Assembly: GCA_965237955.1 (NCBI GenBank)
Contig: OZ250169.1
Span: forward strand, 7,552,001-7,616,000
DNA: 64,000 nucleotides
From: Candidatus Marinacidobacterales bacterium
GTDB lineage: Bacteria; Acidobacteriota; Vicinamibacteria; Marinacidobacterales; SMYC01
Direction: 5' to 3'
Shown: positions 33,346 through 43,113 of the stretch, piece by piece
Layout of the letters: each line of letters opens with the position of its first letter
How positions within the stretch are numbered: the stretch's first letter is position 1
Position numbers and translations under genes: made by a program
Notes under the pieces: model-generated
Told to the model about the DNA's origin: nothing
The model's input: the letters and a program-made list of their open reading frames with translations, nothing else
Database searches by the model: none

Positions 33346-35094
33346 ATGCGAGCTTTGCGATGGATCGGTGCGGCAGGACTCGTGTGCGGGTGCGCGTGCA
33401 CTCAGGCACCGCCCGAGACACCCGAGCCAATCTTCTTCGCTGACGTCGAAAGCATAAGTCTCGGCTACGAGACCCGACACGCGATTGCCGTCGCGGCAGC
33501 GTCTTCGAAGACGTTCCGAGTCCACGTGCCGGCAAACGGCTCACTGCGGTTCGCGATCGCGACCGCCGAACCCGACGAAGCCGTCATGTTTCGCGCGTTG
33601 GTCGACGGGAATCCCGTGTTCGAGAAGACACTCGCGAAAGAAGACGGCGATCATTGGTGGGATCAACCTCGAGTCGATCTCGAACCGTGGGCCGGCGAAA
33701 GCGTCGACGTCACTTTCGAGACTGACGGCAGAGCGCTCTGGGGAAGCCCCGTTATCGAGACTGAAGACGCCCCGCCGTTTGGGCCGAACCTCATCGTGAT
33801 TTCGATCGATTGTCTGCGTGCCGATCACGTCGGCGCCTATGGCTACGAAAAACCCACGACGCCCGCGATCGACGCGTTTGCCGAGGACGCCGTGGTCTTC
33901 GAGGAGGCTTCGAGCACGTCGTCGTGGACCATCCCCGCCCACATGTCCATGTTCACGGGCCTTCCACCGCTGATGCACGGTGTGAGCGAGTCGCCGGACG
34001 ACTACTGGGCGGGGCGGGCGAAGACGCTGGCACCGACGGTACCCTATCTCGCCGAACTGTTGGCCCGCCGCGGCTACGAAACCGCAGGCGTCGTCTCGAG
34101 CGTGCCCATGTCGCCACGGTACGGCTTCGACCGCGGATTCCGCGTTTATCGTGTTCACGCCGCCAAAGCAGAGGAAGTCGTCGACTCGTCGCTCGATCTC
34201 GTCGCTCGCTTCGGCAAGCGTCCTTTCTTCCTCTTCGTCCACTTTTTCGATCCGCACTGGCCGTACTTGCCGATGGTGGAGTTCGGGAGTTACGCGGAAG
34301 AATTCATTGCGCGTTTCGGGGAAAGACCGGAAGACATCTCCGAGCTCATCGCGCGGCACAATGGTAAAGCCCTGGGCGCGCGTCCCGAAGACGCCGAGGA
34401 CGTGCGCACGCTTTATGATGCCGCACTTGCGTACGTCGACCGTGAGCTCGGACGTCTGTTCACCGAGCTTGCCGAGCGCGGCCTCTACGAAGACGCTTTC
34501 ATTCTCCTAATCGGCGACCACGGCGAAGCGTTCTACGATCACGAGACGTTCGGACACGCCAAGACGCTGTATCGGGAGTTCACCCACGTGCCGCTCATCG
34601 TGAAATGGCCCGGCGAAGCGTCGAAGGGACGTGAAGACACACCCGTCAGCCAGGTCAACGTGTTCCCTACCGTCCTCGAGGCCGCCGGTATCACGCCTCC
34701 CCCGATGGAAGGCAAGAGCCTGAGACGGCCTCCGGCAGCGCGAGGCCTCGTTCTGGATGCATCGTGGGAGGACCGCTTTCGCCGCGAAACGATGCTTGCG
34801 GTTCGCCAGGGAGATTTGAAGTACATCGCCTACTTGCCGTTGTTGCCGGTGGAGAAGCTTTCGCTCGACGACGTCCTGCGCGAGGAGCTCTTCGATCTCG
34901 CGCGCGATCCAGCGGAGAGCGAGAACTTGCTCGACGCGCTCCACTCGGCGGACGAGCTGGAACCGTTCCGGGAGCGCTTGGCCGCCTACATCGAGATCGC
35001 GAAGGTCTACCGCTCCGAGCACGAGGGTAGCACCATCACCATCGACGAAGATGTCCGCCGCAGTCTGGAAGCGCTGGGATACGTAACTCGGTGA
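33346..35094 (+). CDS. Sulfatase-like lipoprotein (intact)
   Basis: GCAC lipobox; SIDCLRAD, WTIPAHMSMFTG, DPHWPY, GDHGE, LEALGYV. Confidence 0.92.
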   Translation: MRALRWIGAAGLVCGCACTQAPPETPEPIFFADVESISLGYETRHAIAVAAASSKTFRVHVPANGSLRFAIATAEPDEAVMFRALVDGNPVFEKTLAKEDGDHWWDQPRVDLEPWAGESVDVTFETDGRALWGSPVIETEDAPPFGPNLIVISIDCLRADHVGAYGYEKPTTPAIDAFAEDAVVFEEASSTSSWTIPAHMSMFTGLPPLMHGVSESPDDYWAGRAKTLAPTVPYLAELLARRGYETAGVVSSVPMSPRYGFDRGFRVYRVHAAKAEEVVDSSLDLVARFGKRPFFLFVHFFDPHWPYLPMVEFGSYAEEFIARFGERPEDISELIARHNGKALGARPEDAEDVRTLYDAALAYVDRELGRLFTELAERGLYEDAFILLIGDHGEAFYDHETFGHAKTLYREFTHVPLIVKWPGEASKGREDTPVSQVNVFPTVLEAAGITPPPMEGKSLRRPPAARGLVLDASWEDRFRRETMLAVRQGDLKYIAYLPLLPVEKLSLDDVLREELFDLARDPAESENLLDALHSADELEPFRERLAAYIEIAKVYRSEHEGSTITIDEDVRRSLEALGYVTR

Positions 35095-35912
35095 CGACGC
35101 CCGCAGTCTCCGTGGTCGTGCCCGCCTACAACGAAGCGGCACGTCTGGGTGCGAGTCTCGAGCGGATTACCGAATACTTTCGATCGCTATCGACCGGCTT
35201 CGAAGTGGTCGTCGTGGACGATGGCTCCACCGACGATACCGCGTCGATCGCCCGCGCCGCAGGCGATCCGGTCCGGCTCGTCGAGCTTCCGGAAAACCGG
35301 GGCAAAGGCGCCGCGGTTCGCGCCGGAGTGGCGGAGAGTCGCGGACGTTCGATTCTTTTCACCGACGCGGATCTCTCGACCCCGATCGACCAGTGGAAGC
35401 CCATTCATGACAAGCTCGAGGAGGGATACGACGACGTCGTCGGCTCCAGCGGACTGGCGGACTCGCGCATCGAGCTTCACCAGCCGTGGTTCCGCGAGCA
35501 CATGGGGAAGACGTTCAACTGGATCCTGAGGCACAGCCTGCCGCTCGAGCTCAAGGACACGCAATGCGGCTTCAAGCTTTTCGAATCGGCCGCGGCGAAG
35601 CGACTCTTCGGTGCATCGCGCATCGACGGTTTCGCCTTCGATGCGGAAATTCTCTTCCTCGCCGGACGCTTCGGCTATCGCGTCGGTGAGCTACCCGTTC
35701 CATGGTTCGACTCGGTGCCGAGCAGGGTGCACGCGCTCTGGCACAGCGGACAAATGCTGAAGGACCTTTTCCGGATCCGCCTCTTCGATCTGACCGGCGC
35801 CTACGAATCAGCAAAGGCCGAACCATCGATCACCACAACCAAAATTATCGCAGAGACACAGAGTTCGCAGAGAAAGCAAGAATCACCGGCACGGCACTCT
35901 AGAGAGAGCTGA
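35091..35912 (+). CDS. GT2 dolichyl-phosphate beta-glucosyltransferase-like
   Basis: VVVPAYNE, DDGSTD, NRGKGAAVR, FTDADLS, DTQCGFK; GTGA coupling. Confidence 0.92.
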   Translation: MTTPAVSVVVPAYNEAARLGASLERITEYFRSLSTGFEVVVVDDGSTDDTASIARAAGDPVRLVELPENRGKGAAVRAGVAESRGRSILFTDADLSTPIDQWKPIHDKLEEGYDDVVGSSGLADSRIELHQPWFREHMGKTFNWILRHSLPLELKDTQCGFKLFESAAAKRLFGASRIDGFAFDAEILFLAGRFGYRVGELPVPWFDSVPSRVHALWHSGQMLKDLFRIRLFDLTGAYESAKAEPSITTTKIIAETQSSQRKQESPARHSRES

Positions 35913-35947
35913 TTCTTTTCCGTCGCGTCTTTGCGCCCGTTGGCGTT
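35849..35947. repeat. CGCAGAG/CTTTGCG palindromic repeat element
   Basis: cgcagagacacagagttcgcagag ... tcgcgtctttgcgcccgttggcgtt. Confidence 0.6.
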
Positions 35948-35964
35948 TGTTTTTCTAACTTTGT

Positions 35965-37478
35965 TCAGAAGCGGCGGCGCGGTTTCACCAAGTGACGGCG
36001 GTCAAGGACATAGCGCAGCGGTGTTCCCAGGCGCTCGACGACGGCAAGCTCTTCGCCGTCCATCGATCGGTGGCAGCCCCACCGCGTCGTACCGACAAGA
36101 AAGTCGGCATCCTCTTCCTCGCGGGTGCGGCTCAAGTAATTCGGAAAGAAAGTCGTCACGCTCGGGGGATACGAGCAGACGAAGACTCGATACGGCGGCG
36201 GGGCTTCGCTTTCGGACTCGATGTGCTCGACGAGTAAGCGCACCGCCTCCCGGTTGCTGTTGCCCCAGTAATCGGTCTCGTAGCGGCCGTGCGCACCAGA
36301 GAGCCCTCCGACGAACGCGTTGAAGTAAACGTACTCATTCGGGTGGAGACGCACCATGATGGCGCCGAGATAGACGAGATACACGCCTGCGAGCGCGAGG
36401 CTAAATCGGGCCGCCGCCGGGCGCCACGCTAACAAGCGCTCGTAGGTGAGCTCGAGAGCGCGAGCCGCAAGACAGGAAAATAGCGGCACGACGAACAACA
36501 CGTGCCGCATCCCGTCGTAGATGATGGGCCTTTGGATCGCGATGTAGACGATTGGGAAGAGCGCTGTGAACAGAACGAGTACGTGGGCCCTGCCCTCCCA
36601 GAGCGCATACACGAGCGCGAGACCGATCAGGAGAATCTCCGGTAGCGTGATTAAAAGCCACCGAGAAACATAGCTCGCGGGAATTTGCGTCGAGTGGATC
36701 TCGCTTCCCGCAAACAAAACGGTGCCCCGCCACGTGAAATTGGACATCACTTCGAACGCTTCGAACGGAGCGCGCAACGGACGGGTCTGCGCCCACGGCC
36801 AAAACGCCAGCATCACGAGCCAAGCGGTTGCCACGATCTTGGCGGCGCCGAGCGACAGCGCCTTGATGTCCGCGAGCGTTTTGGGAAATGAGAGCAGCAC
36901 CGCGAGTCCGAGATAGCCGAAGAGCATCAGTCCCCCGACGCGGATCGCGAGCGTCATCCCGATGGCAAGCCCGGTCTTGAGCGCGAGCGAATTCGGCACG
37001 CGCGGGAGCACCGGCAAAAGACGCACGAGACAATACGTCGACCAGACGTAGCCGACGGCGAAAGGAATGTCTTTCGGGTTGTTGAAGCCGTGCCCCCACC
37101 ATCTCGGCGTCAACATCAGAACGAGCGCCGCGATGAACGCGGTTCGGACACCACCGAGCTCGCGTGCGAGAAACCAACACCCGAGCACACCGACAAGCGC
37201 CACGAACGCGTTCAATAAATGACGGGTGTCGTACAGCGCGAGCGGTGAAAGCCGGGTTCCGACCGCGCACATCAAATCGAACGCTGCGCCGTAGTACTGG
37301 AGGTCGAGATAGCGGTACGCCTCGCGATCGGTAAACCCGAGGTGATGTATTCGAGGACGCCGTCGCCGTAGCGGACGTGGAAGGATTCGTCCCACGTCAC
37401 GCCGTAGTCGCCGAATGTGAACAGTACCAGCGCCGTCGCGAGCGCGAACAATAAAACCGACCACCGAAGGTAGGACAT
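35965..37478 (-). pseudogene. GT-C (ArnT/PMT-like) membrane glycosyltransferase, 1-nt deletion at about 37334
   Basis: YGVTWDE in one frame; FTDREAYRY, NNPKDIPFA, YDGMRH, ETDYWG in the other; GGTTTACC lacks one T. Confidence 0.85.
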
Positions 37479-37514
37479 CGCGAGCGAGTCTATCGTAAGG
37501 CTGGTCGCTGGTCT

Positions 37515-38219
37515 TCAAGGCCGGGTGTCGGCTACCACCGTCACTTCAAAGCCCTGGTTCGAGGCATCCTCCGTCACCGTGAGACGATCCTCAGCAATGC
37601 CACGGCCAGCGACGGCGTCGGCCACGGCCTTCGCTCGTTGCTCGACGAGCGCCGGGTCTTCGAGCGGTCCGCGATGCCCGCGCACCTCGGCCCGGACCTC
37701 CGGATGCGCTTCGAGCCAATTCGCGATCGTATCCAGCACTCGGTCGGCATCGTCGTCGAGAGCGGCTTCGCCCCGCGAGAACACGATCGTCGCACTCGGC
37801 CGGCGCGCATCGTCGAACGGCGTGTGACCGGGCGGCGGCTCGTCCACGATCTCGAGTGTGTAGTTTCCGTCGGTGGCCCAAACCTGGCACCACGTCTCAC
37901 CGCCGTCTTCCCTCATCACGGTGAACGTCATGCGGTTTCCGGCGTCGCGATGGATCACACCACGGAGGCGACCGCTCTCGGCAACGAAGTGGTCGATGAT
38001 AGCGGAGCGGACCAGCTCACCCTGCACGTCGTATTCGAGACGCCAGTAGCGCCCGTAGACGGTCTTGCGCGTGCGGCGGTTGTCCTCCCGATACACGACT
38101 ATCATGTCGTCGTCTTTCGCGTCGCTCGCAACGACGAGAACCGAGTCGGGAACGGGTTGGATCAGGGGATGCCCCTCGGCCACGAGCGTGAGAGAGAACA
38201 CGACCGCGAGGGCGCTCAT
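37515..38219 (-). CDS. Secreted protein with degenerate C-terminal OmpA-like domain
   Basis: IVFSRGEAAL...L..IA.WL..HP....EVRGH...QRA.AV; ATGA overlap with the DegT gene. Confidence 0.7.
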   Translation of the reverse strand: MSALAVVFSLTLVAEGHPLIQPVPDSVLVVASDAKDDDMIVVYREDNRRTRKTVYGRYWRLEYDVQGELVRSAIIDHFVAESGRLRGVIHRDAGNRMTFTVMREDGGETWCQVWATDGNYTLEIVDEPPPGHTPFDDARRPSATIVFSRGEAALDDDADRVLDTIANWLEAHPEVRAEVRGHRGPLEDPALVEQRAKAVADAVAGRGIAEDRLTVTEDASNQGFEVTVVADTRP

Positions 38220-39313
38220 CTCGCCAGTATAGACACGATAGTGCGCTGCTGGTCGTCGGTCATCTCGGGGAACATCGGAAGCGCGAGCGTTTCCCGCGCC
38301 GCGCGCTCGGCCTCGGGAAAGTCTCCGGGCCCATGGCCGAGGTCGGAAAAGCACGGTTGCAGCGGAAGCGGCACCGGATAGTAGACCGCCGACGCGACTC
38401 CCTCGTCCGCGAGCCGCTCTTTCCAATCATCGCGCTCGTTGGTGCGGATCACGTACTGGTGATGGACGTGATCGCGAATCGCCTCAGGAAGCGCGACCCG
38501 CCCGCTCGAAACCAGCCCGCTTTCCTGAAAGAGCTCCGTGTACCGGCGCGCTTTCTCCCGCCGGCGCTCGGTCCATTTCTCGAGATATCTGAGCTTCACG
38601 TTGAGGACGGCAGCCTGGATCGCATCCATCCGGAAGTTGCCGCCGACGACGTCGTGCAGATACGTGGTCTCCGCGCCGTGAGTCCGTAGCCGTCGGAGAG
38701 CACGGGCGTACCCGTCGTCACCGGTCACCACCATGCCGGCTTCGCCCATCGCGCCGAGGTTCTTGCTCGGGTAGAACGAAAAACAAGCCATCACGCCGAA
38801 GCGCCCGGCGCCCTCGGCACCGAGCGCCTGGGCCGCGTCCTCGATCACGACGAGCCCGTGTCGATCCGCAATCGCAACAATCGCCTCCATCTCGGCGAGC
38901 TGTCCATAGAGGTGCACCGGAACGATCGCTTTCGTGCGGTCGGTGACAGCTTTGTCGACGTCGGCGGGATCGATATTGAACGTGCGCTCGTCGATGTCCA
39001 CGAAAACCGGCGTCGCGCCCAAGCGGGCGACCACGCCCGCGGTGGCAAAGAACGAGTAAGCGGTCGTCACCACCTCGTCGCCGGGGCCCACGCCGAGAGC
39101 CATAAGGCTCATCAGGAGCGCGTCGGTTCCGGAGGAAGCGCCGACGGCGTGCGCTACGCCGCACACCTCCGCAATTCCCTTCTCGAGCCGCTCGACCTCC
39201 GGGCCGAGAAGGTAGCGCCCGCTGTCGACGCAACGGGTGAGCGCGGCGAGGAGCTCATCGCGAATGGAAGCGAGCTGTGCCTCGAGATCAACGAGCGGAA
39301 TCTTCGGTGCCAT
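38216..39313 (-). CDS. DegT/DnrJ/EryC1/StrS PLP sugar aminotransferase
   Basis: SSGTDAL, PVHLYGQ, IEDAAQ, SFYPSKNLG. Confidence 0.95.
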   Translation of the reverse strand: MAPKIPLVDLEAQLASIRDELLAALTRCVDSGRYLLGPEVERLEKGIAEVCGVAHAVGASSGTDALLMSLMALGVGPGDEVVTTAYSFFATAGVVARLGATPVFVDIDERTFNIDPADVDKAVTDRTKAIVPVHLYGQLAEMEAIVAIADRHGLVVIEDAAQALGAEGAGRFGVMACFSFYPSKNLGAMGEAGMVVTGDDGYARALRRLRTHGAETTYLHDVVGGNFRMDAIQAAVLNVKLRYLEKWTERRREKARRYTELFQESGLVSSGRVALPEAIRDHVHHQYVIRTNERDDWKERLADEGVASAVYYPVPLPLQPCFSDLGHGPGDFPEAERAARETLALPMFPEMTDDQQRTIVSILAR

Positions 39314-39405
39314 CGCGGTTAGAGTATATGAGATCCGTTTGAAAGACTCTCCGTGCTGGAATAACATACGCGCCGCCTACAACAAATCAAGGTGGGTTCA
39401 TCGAC

Positions 39406-40152
39406 GTGACCACGATTATTACGATGCCGGCCTACAAGGCCGCGCAGACCATCGAGAAGACCTACCGTGAGATTCCCGAGGATAGCTACGACAAAGTGCT
39501 CGTCGTCGACGACGCGAGCCCCGATGACACCGTCGCCGTCGCCGAGAGCCTCGGGCTCGAGACCCGTCGCCACCCGAACAACCGGGGCTACGGCGGGAAC
39601 CAGAAGACGTGCTACAACTGGGCGCTCGAGGAAGGCGCCGATGTCGTGGTGCTCCTCCATCCGGACTACCAATACGCACCCCAGCGGGTGCCGGCGCTCA
39701 TCGAGCCCATCATCGGGGGACGGGCGGATTTCACGTTCGGATCGCGGTTCGCCGACGGAGGCAAGCCGATGGACGGCGGCATGCCGCTCTATCGGTTCAT
39801 CGGGAATCGGCTCACCACGTCGATCGAGAACTTGGCTTTGGGAACGTCGTTCAGCGAGCTCCACAGCGGTATGAAGGCTTACTCGCGGCGATTCCTCGGG
39901 CTCATCGGCTACCACGACTTCTCCGATCGGTTCGTCTTCGACTCCCAATTGCTCATCCGTGCGGTCGTGCTCGGGTTTCGTATCAAGGAGGTCGCGATCG
40001 AGACGCGCTACGCCGAAGAATCTTCCTCCGTCGACATCCCGAGCTCGATGCGTTACATCGCGGAGACGTTGGGCGAGCTCTATCGCGCACGACGAGACCG
40101 GGATCGACTGAAGCAAGAGTTCTTAGAACGCGAAAACGCCCTCGGGCTGTAA
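39406..40152 (+). CDS. GT2 (DPM1-like), intact
   Basis: MPAY, VDDAS.D, NRGYGGNQKTCY, LHPDYQY, FVFDSQ. Confidence 0.93.
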   Translation: MTTIITMPAYKAAQTIEKTYREIPEDSYDKVLVVDDASPDDTVAVAESLGLETRRHPNNRGYGGNQKTCYNWALEEGADVVVLLHPDYQYAPQRVPALIEPIIGGRADFTFGSRFADGGKPMDGGMPLYRFIGNRLTTSIENLALGTSFSELHSGMKAYSRRFLGLIGYHDFSDRFVFDSQLLIRAVVLGFRIKEVAIETRYAEESSSVDIPSSMRYIAETLGELYRARRDRDRLKQEFLERENALGL

Positions 40153-40156
40153 ACCC

Positions 40157-41368
40157 GTGAAGCTCTCGGTGTTCACGCCTTTGCCCCCGATGCCCACCGG
40201 TATCGCGGACTACAGCGAGCTTCTCCTCACCTCTCTCGCCCAGAGTGACCGAGTCACCGTCGAAGCGTTCTGCCCACCGACCGGCGCGCCGCAATCGTTT
40301 CCCGTTCGCGACCCGTCGATGTTTCCCAAGACGTTTCGAGGTCGCGATCGCACGATGTTCCACGTCGGCAACAGCGAGCATCACGACTTTCTGTACCCGT
40401 ATTTGTTCGAGCACCCTGACGTCCTCGTGCTCCATGACCTCGTCGTGCACCACGCGCGTCTCAACGCGTTCATGGAGAGCCCGGAGCTTCGCGACTACCG
40501 CGCGGACATGGGCGATACGGTCAAGCGCGCGCGCGCGCACGAGCAACTCGACGCCTACCGTCGAGAAGTGGCGGACGCCTATCCCAAAAACGGCGCGGCC
40601 ATCGCCGAGATCGCAATTCGAATCGGCGGCGGCAACTTGCTGTATGTGTACCCGCTCTACGAGCACCTCGTGCGGCGGAGTCGACTCACCCTCGTCCACG
40701 GGACGACCGCACGCGACGACATCCTCGAGCGGTGTCCGGAAAGCGACGTCAAGCGCGTGCGCATGGGTATCTCGCCGCCGGACGTGGTCGATCGCGAAAA
40801 AGCACGCGAGCGTCTCGGGCTTCCGGATGGTCTTCTCCTCGCGTCGTTCGGGCTCGTGACTCCGGAAAAACGCATCAGCATGGCGCTACGAGCGCTCGTG
40901 CGAGTGCGAGCGAGCGGGATCGACGCTCGATACGTCCTCGTCGGTGGAACGGTGGAGCACTACGATGCCCGCGCCGAAGCGGTCGCGCTCGGCATCGACG
41001 ACGCCGTGACGTTCGTGGGACGGGTTCCGGAAGAGACGTTTTGGCTCTACGCGTTCGCCGCCGACATTTGTCTGAACCTTCGCTACCCGTCGGCCGGCGA
41101 AACTTCGGCGACGCTCCTCAGGCTTCTCGCGTGCGGGCGTCCGGTCATGGTGACCGATCAAATCCATGTTGCGGACTTCCCGGACTCGGTCGTCGCGAGA
41201 TCGCGCCTCGAAGGCGACGAGGACGGACTCTACTGCGATTTGGTGGACCTCATCCGCGCCCCGCACCGCCGCCGCGAGCTTTCCCAGAGCTCGCGCGCCT
41301 TCGTTTTACGAGAGCACAGCGTGGAAGCGATGGTCGAGGACTATCTCGATGCTCTCGGTAGCATATAA
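40157..41368 (+). CDS. GT4 glycosyltransferase
   Basis: PLPP.PTGIADYS, GNSEHH, VLHD, NLRYPSAGETSA. Confidence 0.9.
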   Translation: MKLSVFTPLPPMPTGIADYSELLLTSLAQSDRVTVEAFCPPTGAPQSFPVRDPSMFPKTFRGRDRTMFHVGNSEHHDFLYPYLFEHPDVLVLHDLVVHHARLNAFMESPELRDYRADMGDTVKRARAHEQLDAYRREVADAYPKNGAAIAEIAIRIGGGNLLYVYPLYEHLVRRSRLTLVHGTTARDDILERCPESDVKRVRMGISPPDVVDREKARERLGLPDGLLLASFGLVTPEKRISMALRALVRVRASGIDARYVLVGGTVEHYDARAEAVALGIDDAVTFVGRVPEETFWLYAFAADICLNLRYPSAGETSATLLRLLACGRPVMVTDQIHVADFPDSVVARSRLEGDEDGLYCDLVDLIRAPHRRRELSQSSRAFVLREHSVEAMVEDYLDALGSI

Positions 41369-41383
41369 TCGTATAATCAAGAA

Positions 41384-42559
41384 ATGGCGGCACCGCACCA
41401 GAGCTTCGTCCGCAAGCTGAAAAACAGCGTCACCCGGACGAGGCGCGGCTGGCAGACGAAAAAGCTCAAAGAGCGCGCCGACGGCGTGGCCGATCCTCTA
41501 CCCCACTTCGTGGTCTACGAGCCGACGCTTCTGTGCAACCTCCACTGCAACTTCTGCTACGTCGCCGACATCTTGAACCCGGAAGACTGGCGCTCGAAGG
41601 AGCTGAGCCTCGAGGAGCTCGACCGCATTTTTCCCACCGGTGAGGTGAAATCGTACAATATCACCGGCGGCGAGCCCTTCGTCCGGAAGAACCTCATCGA
41701 TATCTTCACCCTCTTCAAGAGCAAGGGCATGCGGTGTGACTACATCACCACCAACGGCACCGTGATCAAGGAAGACCGCGCGGTCGCGCTCGCGGATCTC
41801 ACCAAGTCCGGGTTCTTGAAGCACATCAGCGTTTCCATCGACGGTCCGCCGGAGTTCCACGACGTCGTGCGCGGACAAAAAGGCGCGTTCCAAAAATAGG
41901 CCGACAACATCCGCTTGCTCCGGAGAGTGTTCGCGACCCGAGGCATCGCGGCTCCAGTGTCGATCAACACGACCCTGACCGCGGGCAACTTGCATTTGCT
42001 CGAAGACGTCGTCGTCGAGGCAGAGAAGCTCGACGTCGACCTCGTGGGCTTGAACCAGCTCATGTTCGCAACGCCCAAGGAAGTGCAGGAGACCCTCGCG
42101 ATCATCGGTGAGACCGACGCCGACGTCATCAGCACCCATATCACCGAAGATCCCGGCGTCGATCCGAAAGCGGTGCCGCCCGTGCTCCAAAAGGCCGTCG
42201 ACTATGCGGCTGCCAAAGGGATCACGATCAACTGGCGCCCCGGCCAAGCGATTGAAGATCTCGAGCACTACTACACGCCTGAGCGGCCGCTGAAGGGTCA
42301 ATGCTTTTACCCGTTCTTCGGTGGCCGCATCACCTACGACGGGAAAGTCCACTTTTGCCCGTTCATCCGGGTCGAGGTGGGCGATTTGCGCGAGCAGAGC
42401 CTCGAAGCGATCTGGAACAGCCCCCGCTACGTCGAGCTTCGCCAGAAACTTCTCGAGCACGGGATCTTTCCGGTGTGCCGGCGCTGCTGCAAGGTGGAGC
42501 TCGATTACTCCGACCGGGAAGCCTTGACCCAAATCGAGCCGGTCGGCGCCAACGCCTAG
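41384..42559 (+). pseudogene. Radical SAM protein with SPASM/Twitch domain; in-frame TAG at 41897-41899
   Basis: CNLHCNFC, TGGEP, SIDG; downstream ORF in the same frame with CFYPF, CPF, CRRCC. Confidence 0.88.
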
Positions 42560-42655
42560 TGCCGTAAATAGTCCAACGGAAGAAGATACCCGGCATCGCC
42601 TGCCCTTGCGGCGCTTGGTGGCGCGCAAGTATAATCCAGGGGTTAGGGAACGCGT

Positions 42656-43075
42656 ATGCAGACCAAGAAGCTCAAGTTCGTAATCGGAACCGTTGTCATC
42701 CTCGGAGCCGTCCTCACCCTTGCGATTACCGGAATGGAAGAGAGCAAGGCCTACTATCAGACCGTGCCCGAGCTCAAAGCCATGGGGGTCAAAGCCGAAG
42801 GACGCCGCGTCCGCGTCGCGGGTGACGTCGTCGTCGGCTCCATCGAGAGACACGAAGAAGGCGTCGTCACGTTCGTGATCGACTACGAGGGCGAGACTCT
42901 GCCCGTGCGCTACGTCGGCCGCGGACCTCTTCCCGACACCCTCGTGGACCGAGCCCAGGCGGTCGCGGAGGGAACGCTCGAGCCAGACGGTACCTTCGAG
43001 GCCACGCTCGTCCAGGCGAAGTGTGCTTCCAAATACGAGGCGGCCTACGAAGAAGGCAAGACCGTCACCGAATAA
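42656..43075 (+). CDS. ccmE: Heme chaperone CcmE, CxxxY type
   Basis: YY.TV.EL, RVAG.V, LPDT, AKCASKY; first gene of the ccm cluster. Confidence 0.92.
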   Translation: MQTKKLKFVIGTVVILGAVLTLAITGMEESKAYYQTVPELKAMGVKAEGRRVRVAGDVVVGSIERHEEGVVTFVIDYEGETLPVRYVGRGPLPDTLVDRAQAVAEGTLEPDGTFEATLVQAKCASKYEAAYEEGKTVTE

Positions 43076-43113
43076 ACGTCTGCACTAACAGCCTCCTTCC
43101 ATAAAGGAGCTCC

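Noticed and set aside
41897-41899. TAG as pyrrolysine or stop-codon reassignment (and TGA 16158-16160 as Sec or Trp)
   Set aside because: TAG and TGA end intact genes at expected positions (ccmB, gltA, ccmF); no pyl or sel genes here; nonsense mutation fits the surrounding decay
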